Shown: positions 26,861-36,077 of the stretch, one piece after another
How the letters are laid out: every line of letters starts with the position of its first letter
Numbering within the stretch: the stretch's first letter is position 1
Assembly (NCBI GenBank): GCA_009783885.1
Contig: WRCN01000007.1
Location: 16,953-80,952, forward strand
DNA length: 64,000 nucleotides
Direction of reading: 5' to 3'
Source of the DNA: Bacteroidales bacterium
GTDB lineage: Bacteria; Bacteroidota; Bacteroidia; Bacteroidales; P3
Made by a program: the position numbers and the translations under genes
The notes under the pieces: model-generated
Databases searched by the model: none
What the model saw: the letters and a program-made list of their open reading frames with translations, nothing else
Told to the model about the DNA's origin: nothing

Positions 26861-27526
26861 ATGGCTGTTAATATTGAACCTGCTTGGCTCTCCGTTTTGG
26901 CTCCCGAATTTGAGCAAAACTACATGTCTTCGTTGCGAAATTTCTTGCAAACCGAACAACGTCAATTTATTACTTACCCACCAAACAAATTGATTTTTAA
27001 TGCATTTAATCTCACTCCTTTTCACGATGTAAAAGTAGTGATTTTGGGACAAGACCCATACCATGGCGTCGGACAAGCGCACGGATTATGCTTTTCTGTA
27101 CCGGACGGTGTGTTTTTTCCACCGTCATTGCGGAATATTTTTCAAGAAATTTCAAGCGATTTGGGCGTTTCAGTGCCAACTTCAGGAAATCTGGAGCACT
27201 GGGCAAAGCAAGGCGTATTTTTGTTAAATACCACATTGACCGTTCGGGCACATAGTCCCCTATCCCATCAAAATCAAGGATGGGAGCAGTTTACAGACGT
27301 TGTTATTCGAAAACTTTCCGACGAGCGCGAGCATTTGGTGTTCATGCTTTGGGGCAGTCATGCGCAATCGAAAGAACGTTTGATTGATACGTCGAAACAC
27401 TTGATTTTAAAGACGGTCCACCCCTCCCCGCTTTCCGCACATCGCGGATTTTTCGGGAGCAAGCATTTTTCGAAATGTAATATGTATTTACAGGAGAACG
27501 GTGTGACGCCAATCGTTTGGGTATAA
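26861..27526 (+). CDS. ung: Uracil-DNA glycosylase
   Basis: Motifs VVILGQDPYHG and GLCFSV, with HPSPLSA near the C-terminus. The start was trimmed to the ATG at 26861. Confidence 0.9.
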   Translation: MAVNIEPAWLSVLAPEFEQNYMSSLRNFLQTEQRQFITYPPNKLIFNAFNLTPFHDVKVVILGQDPYHGVGQAHGLCFSVPDGVFFPPSLRNIFQEISSDLGVSVPTSGNLEHWAKQGVFLLNTTLTVRAHSPLSHQNQGWEQFTDVVIRKLSDEREHLVFMLWGSHAQSKERLIDTSKHLILKTVHPSPLSAHRGFFGSKHFSKCNMYLQENGVTPIVWV

Positions 27527-27533
27527 TTTATAA

Positions 27534-27558
27534 GGGCGGGTTTGAAACCCGCCCCTAC
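27534..27558. terminator. GTAG-headed REP-like hairpin between convergent ung and lpxA
   Basis: GGGCGGGTTT-G-AAACCCGCCC followed by CCTAC. On the minus strand it reads GTAGGGGCGGGTTTCAAACCCGCCC. Confidence 0.6.
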
Positions 27559-27571
27559 ATTGTAACCTGTT

Positions 27572-28360
27572 TTAATCCTCTTCCCTACCGATCCCCTTCA
27601 TAATACCGGTTTTCGAATTTCTGATAAACGACAGAATTTCGTCGCGTTCGGGAGTTTGCGGAAGTTCTTTTTCGATCAATTCAAGCGCATTACTCACACT
27701 TAAATCTTTCAAATAAATGTAGCGATAAATTTCTTGGATTTTTGAAATTTGTTCGTTTGTAAAACCGCGTCTTTGTAAGCCTACAGAATTTATTCCAACG
27801 TAGGAAATTGGTTCGCGAGCCGCTTTAGTAAATGGCGGAATATCTTTGCGAACGAGTGCTCCACCTGCAATATAAGTGTGCGAACCTATATGCATGAATT
27901 GTTGAACGGCACAAAATCCGCCCAAAATTGCCCAGTCATCAACGATAACATGCCCGGAAAGTCCTGAATAACCGGCAATAACACAATTGTTCCCTATAAC
28001 ACAATCATGTCCGAGATGAACGTAAGACATAATCAAACAATTATTTCCGACACGAGTTTCCCAATTGGCTTGCGTTCCGCGATTGATGGTTACACATTCG
28101 CGAATGATAGTATTGTCGCCGATAACAGTTGTGGTTTCCTCTCCAACAAATTTCAAATCTTGCGGAACGGCTGAAATCACAGCACCCGGAAAGATTTTAC
28201 AATTTTTTCCGATACGAGCGCCTTCCATAATAACAGCATTCGGTCCAATCCATGTGCCTTCGCCGATTTCTACATTTTTTTGAATCGTTGCAAACGGTTC
28301 GATAATCACGCCTTCTGCAATTTTTGCTTCCGGATTTACATTAGTTAATGGGTGGTACAT
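27572..28360 (-). CDS. lpxA: Acyl-ACP--UDP-N-acetylglucosamine O-acyltransferase
   Basis: 262 aa of hexapeptide-repeat left-handed beta-helix followed by the LpxA C-terminal helical domain. It lies adjacent to lpxC-fabZ. Confidence 0.9.
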   Translation of the reverse strand: MYHPLTNVNPEAKIAEGVIIEPFATIQKNVEIGEGTWIGPNAVIMEGARIGKNCKIFPGAVISAVPQDLKFVGEETTTVIGDNTIIRECVTINRGTQANWETRVGNNCLIMSYVHLGHDCVIGNNCVIAGYSGLSGHVIVDDWAILGGFCAVQQFMHIGSHTYIAGGALVRKDIPPFTKAAREPISYVGINSVGLQRRGFTNEQISKIQEIYRYIYLKDLSVSNALELIEKELPQTPERDEILSFIRNSKTGIMKGIGREED

Positions 28361-28372
28361 TACAGTTTGATT

Positions 28373-29782
28373 TTAAGATTTTTTTGCTAATTGGGCTAAC
28401 ATTTCGGCTTCGCAAGTGATGTTGTTTCCTACAAATGCTGTTCCTTTCATATTCACCAATCCTCGACGAATCGGCGAAAGCAGTTCTAATTTGAACACCA
28501 ACGTATCTCCTGGAACAACTTTTTGACGAAATTTTACATTGTCGATTTTCATAAAAAACGTCAAATAATTCTCCGGATCGGGCACACTGCTCAACGCTAA
28601 AATTCCACCGCATTGTGCCATCGCTTCGATTTGTAAAACGCCAGGCATAACAGGCTCTTCAGGAAAATGTCCGCGGAAAAATTCCTCATTCATTGTTACA
28701 TTTTTCACACCGATAACATGGGATTCGCTCATCTCCATAACTTTATCAACCAAAAGGAATGGCGGACGATGTGGGAGTTTTTGTTTGATTTGCTCAATAT
28801 CGAATAATGGTGCTGCATTCAAATCAATTTTCGGTACATTTTTATTGGCAATTTCTTCCAACATTCTTTGACGTATAACTTTCGCAAACTCCACATTGGC
28901 ACGATGCCCGGGACGATGAGCAATCACATGTCCTTTCATTCGTGCACCGACTAAAGTCATGTCGCCAATCAAATCTAACAATTTATGACGAGCGGGTTCG
29001 TTTTTGAAACGCAATTCAACATTATTCAAGATGCCCAAATCCTCAATAACCTTAAGGTTCGGCTTATTGAAAAATTTTGCCAAGCGTTCATTTTCTTCGG
29101 GTGAAATGGTTTTCTCGACAAACACAATCGCGTTGTTCAAGTCTCCACCTTTCACCAAATTATGTTTCACCAACTGTTCTAATTCGTGCAAAAATACAAA
29201 GGTTCTGCATGGTGCCACTTCCGCTTCGAAATTCGCTAAATCGTGCAACGATGCCAATTGCAACGGTAAAACATCCATGTTGTAATCAATCAAAACGGTA
29301 TATTTTGTACCGCTGCTGCTCACGACCATTTCCTCTACTTTTGTCGGTTTATCCACGTACGCCAAATGTTTTGGAACTTCGTAATATACGCGGTCTTCTT
29401 CTTGTTCTACCGTGCCTACTGCAGCAATCGCTTTAACAAATTCCAGAGCGCTTCCATCTGATATCGGCATTTCTATGTTGTCAACCTCAATCAAAGCATT
29501 ATCGATGCCCATTGCAAACAAAGATGCCAAAACGTGTTCAACCGTACAAACGGCGGCTTCACCAACTTGCAACGTTGTTCCTCGTGAAGTATCCGTCACA
29601 TTTTCAGCGACAGCAGCAATGGGTTTGGAGCCTTCCAAATCCACGCGTTTGAATTTATACCAATGGTTGGTGGACGCAGGTAAGATGTTCATCGTTACCT
29701 TTTGTCCCGAATGTAAGCCCACGCCTGTGATGGTTACAGGATTTTTTAATGTACGTTGTTTTTCTTGAATCATGAAGTTCAT
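28373..29782 (-). CDS. lpxC/fabZ: Bifunctional UDP-3-O-acyl-GlcNAc deacetylase / 3-hydroxyacyl-ACP dehydratase
   Basis: The N-terminal LpxC region has TITGVGLHSG and HRPGH. The C-terminal FabZ hot-dog region has LPHRPPFLLVD and FFRGHFP. The fusion is typical of Bacteroidota. Confidence 0.9.
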   Translation of the reverse strand: MNFMIQEKQRTLKNPVTITGVGLHSGQKVTMNILPASTNHWYKFKRVDLEGSKPIAAVAENVTDTSRGTTLQVGEAAVCTVEHVLASLFAMGIDNALIEVDNIEMPISDGSALEFVKAIAAVGTVEQEEDRVYYEVPKHLAYVDKPTKVEEMVVSSSGTKYTVLIDYNMDVLPLQLASLHDLANFEAEVAPCRTFVFLHELEQLVKHNLVKGGDLNNAIVFVEKTISPEENERLAKFFNKPNLKVIEDLGILNNVELRFKNEPARHKLLDLIGDMTLVGARMKGHVIAHRPGHRANVEFAKVIRQRMLEEIANKNVPKIDLNAAPLFDIEQIKQKLPHRPPFLLVDKVMEMSESHVIGVKNVTMNEEFFRGHFPEEPVMPGVLQIEAMAQCGGILALSSVPDPENYLTFFMKIDNVKFRQKVVPGDTLVFKLELLSPIRRGLVNMKGTAFVGNNITCEAEMLAQLAKKS

Positions 29783-29796
29783 TTGCTAATAAGATG

Positions 29797-29804
29797 CAAA
29801 GATA
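29797..29804 (-). promoter_or_regulatory. -7 promoter box (TATCTTTG on minus strand)
   Basis: The minus strand reads CTTTTTCGTATCTTTGCATCTTATTAGCAAATG. Confidence 0.55.
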
Positions 29805-29814
29805 CGAAAAAGTT

Positions 29815-29842
29815 GCGAATTATCAATTACGAATTACGAATT
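29815..29842. repeat. 7-nt tandem repeat array (CGAATTA type)
   Basis: GCGAATTATCAATTACGAATTACGAATT. It sits directly upstream of the lpxC-fabZ promoter box and is near-identical to 13836-13860. Confidence 0.75.
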
Positions 29843-29974
29843 TTTTAGAAGGGATTTATGGGTTATTAACATTTTTCAGAAAATTTTCAACATTTTGGCG
29901 CTTTTTTGCGCTTTTTTAAGAAAAAAATATACGAAAATTGAAATTTGAGCGTTATTATAGATGAAAGGAAAATT

Positions 29975-30000
29975 TAATTCCATCGAATTCGATGGAATTA
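29975..30000. repeat. Perfect 26-bp palindrome
   Basis: TAATTCCATCGAATTCGATGGAATTA. Confidence 0.8.
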
Positions 30001-30024
30001 GAAATTAATTAACCGTAAAAGGAA

Positions 30025-30049
30025 ATGTCTCGACTATGCTCGACATGAC
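30025..30049. repeat. Single GAGCG-core unit (reverse orientation)
   Basis: ATGTC-TCGACTATGCTC-GACATGAC. Confidence 0.8.
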
Positions 30050-30061
30050 GACCTTATTCGC

Positions 30062-30092
30062 AACTCATAACCCATAACTCATAATTCATAAC
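30062..30092. repeat. 7-nt tandem repeat array (CATAACT type)
   Basis: CATAACC-CATAACT-CATAATT-CATAACT runs straight into TTTTCGTATCTTTG. Confidence 0.75.
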
Positions 30093-30099
30093 TTTTTCG

Positions 30100-30107
30100 T
30101 ATCTTTG
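30100..30107 (+). promoter_or_regulatory. -7 promoter box TATCTTTG
   Basis: TTTTTCGTATCTTTGCAAAACCAATG. 8 nt separate the box from the ATG at 30116. Confidence 0.55.
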
Positions 30108-30115
30108 CAAAACCA

Positions 30116-31702
30116 ATGTCCAAACACATTTTATATTCGATTGCGGTGGCGATGTCGATTTCGCTGGTTACGCTTCTGTTTATTCAGGGTGTGTGGATTC
30201 GTAATGCATTTAAATTAAGTGAGGCGAATTTCAAATCGGAGGTTTCGGAAGCAGCAAACGCGTTTATTTTACAACTCGAAAAAAACGAAATTAGCGCTCA
30301 ATTCAAGGCACAAAATCGCCGAACAGCCATTTTGAATATGCTTGATTCGCTCAATCAGTCTATTGATAATCTCAAAATTCAAAATCCGGACGTGCGTTTT
30401 GAAGAAAGTGTGCAAGGCATTTTGTCTGCAATTAACAATGAAACCGGACTGATTATACAACAAGATACCTCGACTTCCGAACATCGCGAAGAGGCTACGG
30501 AGACAAGTATTCCAACATCTAAGACACAAGAGCAATCCGTTCGAAATATTCGCCGAATTTACAGACAATTGAGCACCGAACGCGACAATCTTTTGCATAA
30601 GTCTCGATTGGTGGATGAATTGTTGCAGGAAGTAGTGGGTTATCAAGATACACGACCGTTTGTCAGTCGTGTGAATCCGTACTCGATTGATTCCTTATTA
30701 CAAAAGCAGTTGATTCGACAAAACATCAATACACGCTGCGAATGGGGCGTTTTCAGCGCTTCTCAAAATAGATTGATTGTTCAAAAAACAGGGCGTTATC
30801 GGGAGGAATTATTGAAAAGTAAATTCATTTATAAACTATTTCCTTCGGACAGAGAGCAAAATGCCCACTTTTTGATTTTGTATTTTCCTGATTTCAAACA
30901 AGCCATTTTTTCGAGAGTTTCCGCACTGTTAGTGCTTTCGCTGATTTTGATTGCGAGCATTGTTTCAGTATACGCTTACGCGTTGTATAAGATGTTTCAA
31001 AATCGAAGATTGTCTGAAATTAAGACGGATTTTATCAACAATATCACGCACGAAATCAAAACGCCAATTTCCACAATCGCTTTAGTTTGCGAAGCTTTAG
31101 AAGATTTCGATGTAGAAAAAAACGAAGAAAACTTAAAACATTTTACAAGTTTAATCAAACAAGAAAACGAACGATTAAAGACCTTAAGTAAACATATTAT
31201 CGAAATTTCAAAATTGGAACGCGGACAACTCCTTATGAACAAAGCACCTATGCACATTCATGAAGCGATTGAAACAGCTATTCAAAATATGGATTACCAA
31301 GTGAAACACAACAACGGCAAAATTATAAAATCGTTAAATGCCACAAACGACGTGATTAACGGCGATTTTGTGCATATTGTGAATGTGTTTACCAATTTAA
31401 TCGACAACGCTAACAAATATAGCAACACAATTCCGATTATTGAAATTTCAACTAAAAATACGCCAAAAGGCATTGAAATTCAGTTTAAAGATAACGGTAT
31501 GGGTATTTCGAAAACCCATTTGAAGAAAATTTTCGAAACCTTGTACCGGATTCCAACTGGTAATGTTCACGACGTAAAAGGCTTCGGCTTGGGGTTAAGT
31601 TATGCTAAACAAGTCATAACCATGCATCAAGGGCTAATTCGCGTGGAAAGTCAACCCAAAAAAGGCACTATATTTACCATAAGTTATCAACAAAACGCAT
31701 AA
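30116..31702 (+). CDS. Sensor histidine kinase (HisKA + HATPase_c)
   Basis: H-box NNITHEIKTPIS, N-box LIDNANKY, G1 FKDNGMGI and G2 GFGLGLSY. It has two TM segments. Confidence 0.85.
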   Translation: MSKHILYSIAVAMSISLVTLLFIQGVWIRNAFKLSEANFKSEVSEAANAFILQLEKNEISAQFKAQNRRTAILNMLDSLNQSIDNLKIQNPDVRFEESVQGILSAINNETGLIIQQDTSTSEHREEATETSIPTSKTQEQSVRNIRRIYRQLSTERDNLLHKSRLVDELLQEVVGYQDTRPFVSRVNPYSIDSLLQKQLIRQNINTRCEWGVFSASQNRLIVQKTGRYREELLKSKFIYKLFPSDREQNAHFLILYFPDFKQAIFSRVSALLVLSLILIASIVSVYAYALYKMFQNRRLSEIKTDFINNITHEIKTPISTIALVCEALEDFDVEKNEENLKHFTSLIKQENERLKTLSKHIIEISKLERGQLLMNKAPMHIHEAIETAIQNMDYQVKHNNGKIIKSLNATNDVINGDFVHIVNVFTNLIDNANKYSNTIPIIEISTKNTPKGIEIQFKDNGMGISKTHLKKIFETLYRIPTGNVHDVKGFGLGLSYAKQVITMHQGLIRVESQPKKGTIFTISYQQNA

Positions 31703-31773
31703 TTTATTAACATTTTTATACGAAAATCGAAAGTCGAGCGTTATATAGGGTGTAAATCCTAAATAACACCATT

Positions 31774-32490
31774 ATGAAAACAGCAAAAGACATTAAAATT
31801 TTACTCGCCGAAGACGATCCAAACTTCGGTCCATTCCTCCAAACGTATTTGGTTGCCAAAGGCTATTCGTGCTTTTTAGCCAAAAACGGAAACGAGGCGT
31901 TGGATGCTTTTTTAACGGGGCAATTCAATTTTTGCATTACCGATGTGATGATGCCCGCCAAAGACGGCTTTTCGTTAGTCAAAGAAATTCGCAAACGTAA
32001 CGCAACCGTGCCGATTTTGTTTATTACGGCAAAAAATTTGGAAGAAGACCGTTTGCAAGGCTTTCAGGTTGGTGGTGATGACTACATTACCAAGCCGTTC
32101 AGCATGGACGAACTCACGTTTCGAATTCAAGCCATCATTCGTCGTACCGAAGCCGCGAAACAGCAGGAACGGCCGGTATTTCCAATTGGTCGACTAAAAT
32201 TTGATTATGATCAACAATTAGTCATTACGCCGGTTCAAGAAATCAGACTGACACCGAAAGAGAACGATTTGCTTCGATTGTTGTGCCAATATCAAAACGA
32301 AATTGTGTATCGAAACATTGCATTGACAAAGATTTGGGGTGATGACAACGTTTACACGGCCCGTAGTATGGACGTTTATATGACCAAACTTCGAAAGGTT
32401 TTGCGCGATGATCCCGAAGTTGAACTTCAAAACATTCATGGCGTTGGCTTCAAGTTGACCACGCCTCAAAACAAACGAAAGCGAGGATAA
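31774..32490 (+). CDS. OmpR/PhoB-family response regulator
   Basis: Receiver domain (LLAEDD ... DVMMPAKDG ... ITAK) plus a winged-helix C-terminus (LTPKENDLLRLL ... VHGVGFKL). Confidence 0.9.
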   Translation: MKTAKDIKILLAEDDPNFGPFLQTYLVAKGYSCFLAKNGNEALDAFLTGQFNFCITDVMMPAKDGFSLVKEIRKRNATVPILFITAKNLEEDRLQGFQVGGDDYITKPFSMDELTFRIQAIIRRTEAAKQQERPVFPIGRLKFDYDQQLVITPVQEIRLTPKENDLLRLLCQYQNEIVYRNIALTKIWGDDNVYTARSMDVYMTKLRKVLRDDPEVELQNIHGVGFKLTTPQNKRKRG

Positions 32491-32496
32491 ACGTTA

Positions 32497-34023
32497 CTAA
32501 TCTAACGATACTTTCGACAAATAAAACACCACTCGTCTATTTGCGCCTTTCAGTGTGTTGTTTTGAACGGTTTGATAACCGCAAACCAAAAAATGTGAAT
32601 CGTACCAGTTTAAAATTCGCGAATCGTAGTCTTCCACAATTCTGTCACCTCTGTGAAGCGGCTGAAGTCTTAAGGTATGATGGGAATCTTCGTGAGGTCG
32701 GAGTGATTTGTAAAACACGTTGGTGGCGTTTGCAAACAAAATGACTGTTTCGTTTTTGTTGATGGAAAGCGCCACTTTGTTAAATAATGTTTTGCTGTTG
32801 AGTGTCATTGAAATGTCTGAAACGTAGTTTTGGCGGACTTCTCCATTCGCATCCAAATGCCAAATGAAAGCATCGTTAAACCGATAACCATCGAAAGTAG
32901 TTGTGGTATAAGGTATCACACGACCATAGTAATCATAGTATGTTCGAGTGGTTGTTCTATATTCTCGCGTAACGCTTTCGCCGACCATTAGCAAGTTTTC
33001 GCCAATCGTTTTGAGTTGAAACGGCATCAAAGCTTCCAATGAAAAAGGGTGTTGCCGCCTGTGTCGTTTTTGACGAAGAATTTGAGATTGGTCAGGGCTG
33101 ATACGCACATCAACACTATCAAAATCGGCATAGTTCTGCATGGACAAGAGTCGCATAGATGAACCATCAAAACCCATACTAAAAAAACCTGCGGATGCTG
33201 TGAGGCGATCCATAGTTTCGGTTCTTTGGCGCTCAGACATTAGGTTGTAGGTGCCGTAAATAAAGAGTTTCCCGTTTGTGTCGAGGTGTAATTTGGCATG
33301 AATGGGACGATTTTCATCATTCAGTCGAACTTCTTTTGACAGTAGCAGATTGGCAGATGTATCAAAAACAGTAAGCGTGAAAGAATTATCTCTACGAGAA
33401 TCGTCGCCATAAAGAACGTACAATTTTTGCGAAATCGTGTCTAATGCTGCGTCTATAAGCTCCTGACTTGAAAATTTCGGAAAATCGTATTTAAAAATGA
33501 TGCTATCCCCTATTTTAGCTGTATTTACAGAGCAATCCGAACGGTCGATTTGAACTAACCAAACTCGCGAATTATGTACAAATCCTGCAAATGTGGGAGT
33601 TTTTGCTAACGAAAATAAGGTATCTATCGTAACTTCACCGTCGAGCAAATTCACATTCATCAGGAAGGTAGGCGTATGTGTGTTTCGATAAACTTGATTA
33701 CGTAGAATTATGCGTAATTGCTCACCTTCAAGAGTATGGCCTACCACAGCGTATTCAACAGAAAATCGTGTTTTTATTTGCCATGTTTGCCTAAGAAAAA
33801 CGTCATAGAAAAAAAAATCCTGAATGCTGCTATTTTGCGAACTTCTATTGACATCAGTCGTTGCCGTATGAACCAAAACACCTTTATTTTCGAGATTTAT
33901 CAGTGCAAACGGATAAGAGCCTTGAGGTACGTTGATTTCCGCTCGCAAGGGCTTATCCAATTGCGAATAGGCAACAACAGAGATAGCCAAACATAAAAAC
34001 ATAATCAAAAAGCGTGGTTTCAT
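32497..34023 (-). CDS. Hypothetical secreted protein
   Basis: Signal peptide MKPRFLIMFLCLAISVVAYSQ. No motif was recognised. The start was trimmed to 34023 because the 5 upstream codons are the promoter box. Confidence 0.6.
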   Translation of the reverse strand: MKPRFLIMFLCLAISVVAYSQLDKPLRAEINVPQGSYPFALINLENKGVLVHTATTDVNRSSQNSSIQDFFFYDVFLRQTWQIKTRFSVEYAVVGHTLEGEQLRIILRNQVYRNTHTPTFLMNVNLLDGEVTIDTLFSLAKTPTFAGFVHNSRVWLVQIDRSDCSVNTAKIGDSIIFKYDFPKFSSQELIDAALDTISQKLYVLYGDDSRRDNSFTLTVFDTSANLLLSKEVRLNDENRPIHAKLHLDTNGKLFIYGTYNLMSERQRTETMDRLTASAGFFSMGFDGSSMRLLSMQNYADFDSVDVRISPDQSQILRQKRHRRQHPFSLEALMPFQLKTIGENLLMVGESVTREYRTTTRTYYDYYGRVIPYTTTTFDGYRFNDAFIWHLDANGEVRQNYVSDISMTLNSKTLFNKVALSINKNETVILFANATNVFYKSLRPHEDSHHTLRLQPLHRGDRIVEDYDSRILNWYDSHFLVCGYQTVQNNTLKGANRRVVFYLSKVSLD

Positions 34024-34027
34024 TTTG

Positions 34028-34035
34028 CAAAGATA
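34028..34035 (-). promoter_or_regulatory. -7 promoter box (TATCTTTG on minus strand)
   Basis: The minus strand reads TTTTTTGTATCTTTGCAAAATG. 4 nt separate the box from the ATG. Confidence 0.55.
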
Positions 34036-34230
34036 CAAAAAATTGGCATTAAAACGAAATAAAAAAAAAGTACTTGAATGTTATCCTCACAACATTAGTA
34101 CTAACGTGCCGCCCGCGTTCATCATAACAATTCAACTCATTATTTTCTTATCATAATTATTGTTTCAATATTTGCCGGATTTTTTTTTCTGCACTACGCA
34201 ATTCAACGAAACCATGTCTTTCGTATAAAA

Positions 34231-34395
34231 TTATAACATTTTTCTATTCATTTTCAATTCAATACCAAGTGGATTTGCAATTTCTGTTGCTAATTCTCGT
34301 ACAAATTTACTCTTTTCTTTCAATTCAACATTCGCAACCGTCTTTCGCGATTCATTACGTATTTCCTGCAATTTATCAATCATTTTTGGATTCAT
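34231..34395 (-). CDS. Possible small ORF (54 aa), helical and charged, function unknown
   Basis: Own translation: MNPKMIDKLQEIRNESRKTVANVELKEKSKFVRELATEIANPLGIELKMNRKML. It is below the ORF-track cut-off and lies in a gene-poor AT-rich stretch. Confidence 0.25.
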   Translation of the reverse strand: MNPKMIDKLQEIRNESRKTVANVELKEKSKFVRELATEIANPLGIELKMNRKML

Positions 34396-34809
34396 TTTTC
34401 GGTTTTTCTTTCTCGCTGCGCTGTCACCGCATTGCCTATATCGCTAACCAGCGGCTTGGCGAAGTGGCGAACGCCATTGCGCCAAACCGCAAGTTAAAGG
34501 CAGTTTCGTTTTTATTAATCAGCAAACGCTTGTCCATAGATATTTTTAAATGTATTCGTTGATTTATCATATAACAAACATTCCCAATTATTGTAAACCG
34601 AATTTGTTGCAATACGCAATGAACTCAGAGGATTCTTTTTAGAACGATTTTTTGCAAAACATCCACTATCCAAAACAAAACCTTCATCATTCAAAATATC
34701 AGTTATTCTGCACGGTTCATAATATTTTATAAAAATTTATATACTTCGCACGAAATCAATAACTTAATGACTAGAATCATATTGCAATATTTTTTCATAA
34801 TAACAAAAT

Positions 34810-36021
34810 TTAATTATAAATTTGTCTAATAACATTTCGGTCTGTTACAGAAATAGCTGAGGGGCGCTCCCATGTAGTGCCGTCTTTTCTGGTCAATGTG
34901 GCATTCCCATTTTTAGTAAAAGCCCACGAACTATACATCATAATTGAATTAAAATCAAATGCTGAACCATAATAATTAAAGGACCCTGCTGTCATTTTTG
35001 AAAAATTACTTCCTGCTCCTGACTCGACATTACTAGAATGGTATACTATGTGATCATCCCTATCCCGTCTTTGATGTTCGTGATACAAACCTAACACATG
35101 ACCCAATTCATGCCTATATGTACGTGGATAGCTAGCAGTGCTTGTAAAATCCATAATAGCCCATGGAACTCTGCCAAGCGTGGCGCGCCCAGGAAAGTTA
35201 TTTGAACTTAGCAAACTTATTCGTAAAAAATACTTCCATCCCATAATCCAACAGGTTTTATTCCAACCTACATTTTTAGTTATTTCGGAAAATGAAATTT
35301 TGTTATTTGCCGCAGCTCTCCAATCCGCCATAGCCAAAAGAGTATTTATTCTAACCGTCGAAGAAGAAGTGTTCCACATATATTCAATAGTTTTACCCCA
35401 TTTTAAATGTAACATATATCTTACCCCTTTTGGTGCGGGATTTTCATCAGATCCAATAATTTCAATTGGATAATAACTCCATTCTTCATACCCTGCTAGA
35501 TTATTACGTTTTGAGTAGTGAGCAATAATGTCAATTCCATCTTCGTAGTATTTCAAAATTTGAAATTTTGAAATTGCATCATCGCAATCGGAATAACCTG
35601 TATAAATCATCATATCATTTTCATCATAATTGTCTTTTATAGCGAAACGACTAGCAAATTTTTGAATATAGGGATGCTTATTAATGTCATCCATCAATCC
35701 TCTCTGTAAATTTTCATGAAAATCGGAATCTCCTACTGTTTCTTTTAGTATTCCTTCTCTCATTAGCGAATCAAGATGAAGTATTATTTCTAATTTTTCT
35801 TCAAGCGAAAATTTTTCAGGATAATATTTTTGATCCTGTTTTTTAAACTCGTAAGCAAGTACTAAATCAATATACTTATTTTGCAAATAAGTATAAGGTT
35901 GCCTAATAAACTCATCTGCTAATCCTTTTTGCATAGAGTATTGTTCATCATCCATTTTACTTTTTTTGCAAGCGACTAAAGCAATTGCGGCTACTACCGC
36001 AACAAAAATAATTTTTTTCAT
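34810..36021 (-). CDS. Astacin-family (M12A) zinc metallopeptidase, lipoprotein, with an unknown N-terminal domain of about 250 aa
   Basis: It has the full astacin signature HELGHVLGLYHEHQRRDRDDHI (HExxHxxGxxHExxRxDRD) and a Met-turn SIMMY. Lipoprotein signal MKKIIFVAVVAAIALVAC. Confidence 0.8.
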   Translation of the reverse strand: MKKIIFVAVVAAIALVACKKSKMDDEQYSMQKGLADEFIRQPYTYLQNKYIDLVLAYEFKKQDQKYYPEKFSLEEKLEIILHLDSLMREGILKETVGDSDFHENLQRGLMDDINKHPYIQKFASRFAIKDNYDENDMMIYTGYSDCDDAISKFQILKYYEDGIDIIAHYSKRNNLAGYEEWSYYPIEIIGSDENPAPKGVRYMLHLKWGKTIEYMWNTSSSTVRINTLLAMADWRAAANNKISFSEITKNVGWNKTCWIMGWKYFLRISLLSSNNFPGRATLGRVPWAIMDFTSTASYPRTYRHELGHVLGLYHEHQRRDRDDHIVYHSSNVESGAGSNFSKMTAGSFNYYGSAFDFNSIMMYSSWAFTKNGNATLTRKDGTTWERPSAISVTDRNVIRQIYN

Positions 36022-36077
36022 GTGAATTAATTTTTTAGTTAATATTTTTACTTATTGTTCCAACAAATTTTGAAATT

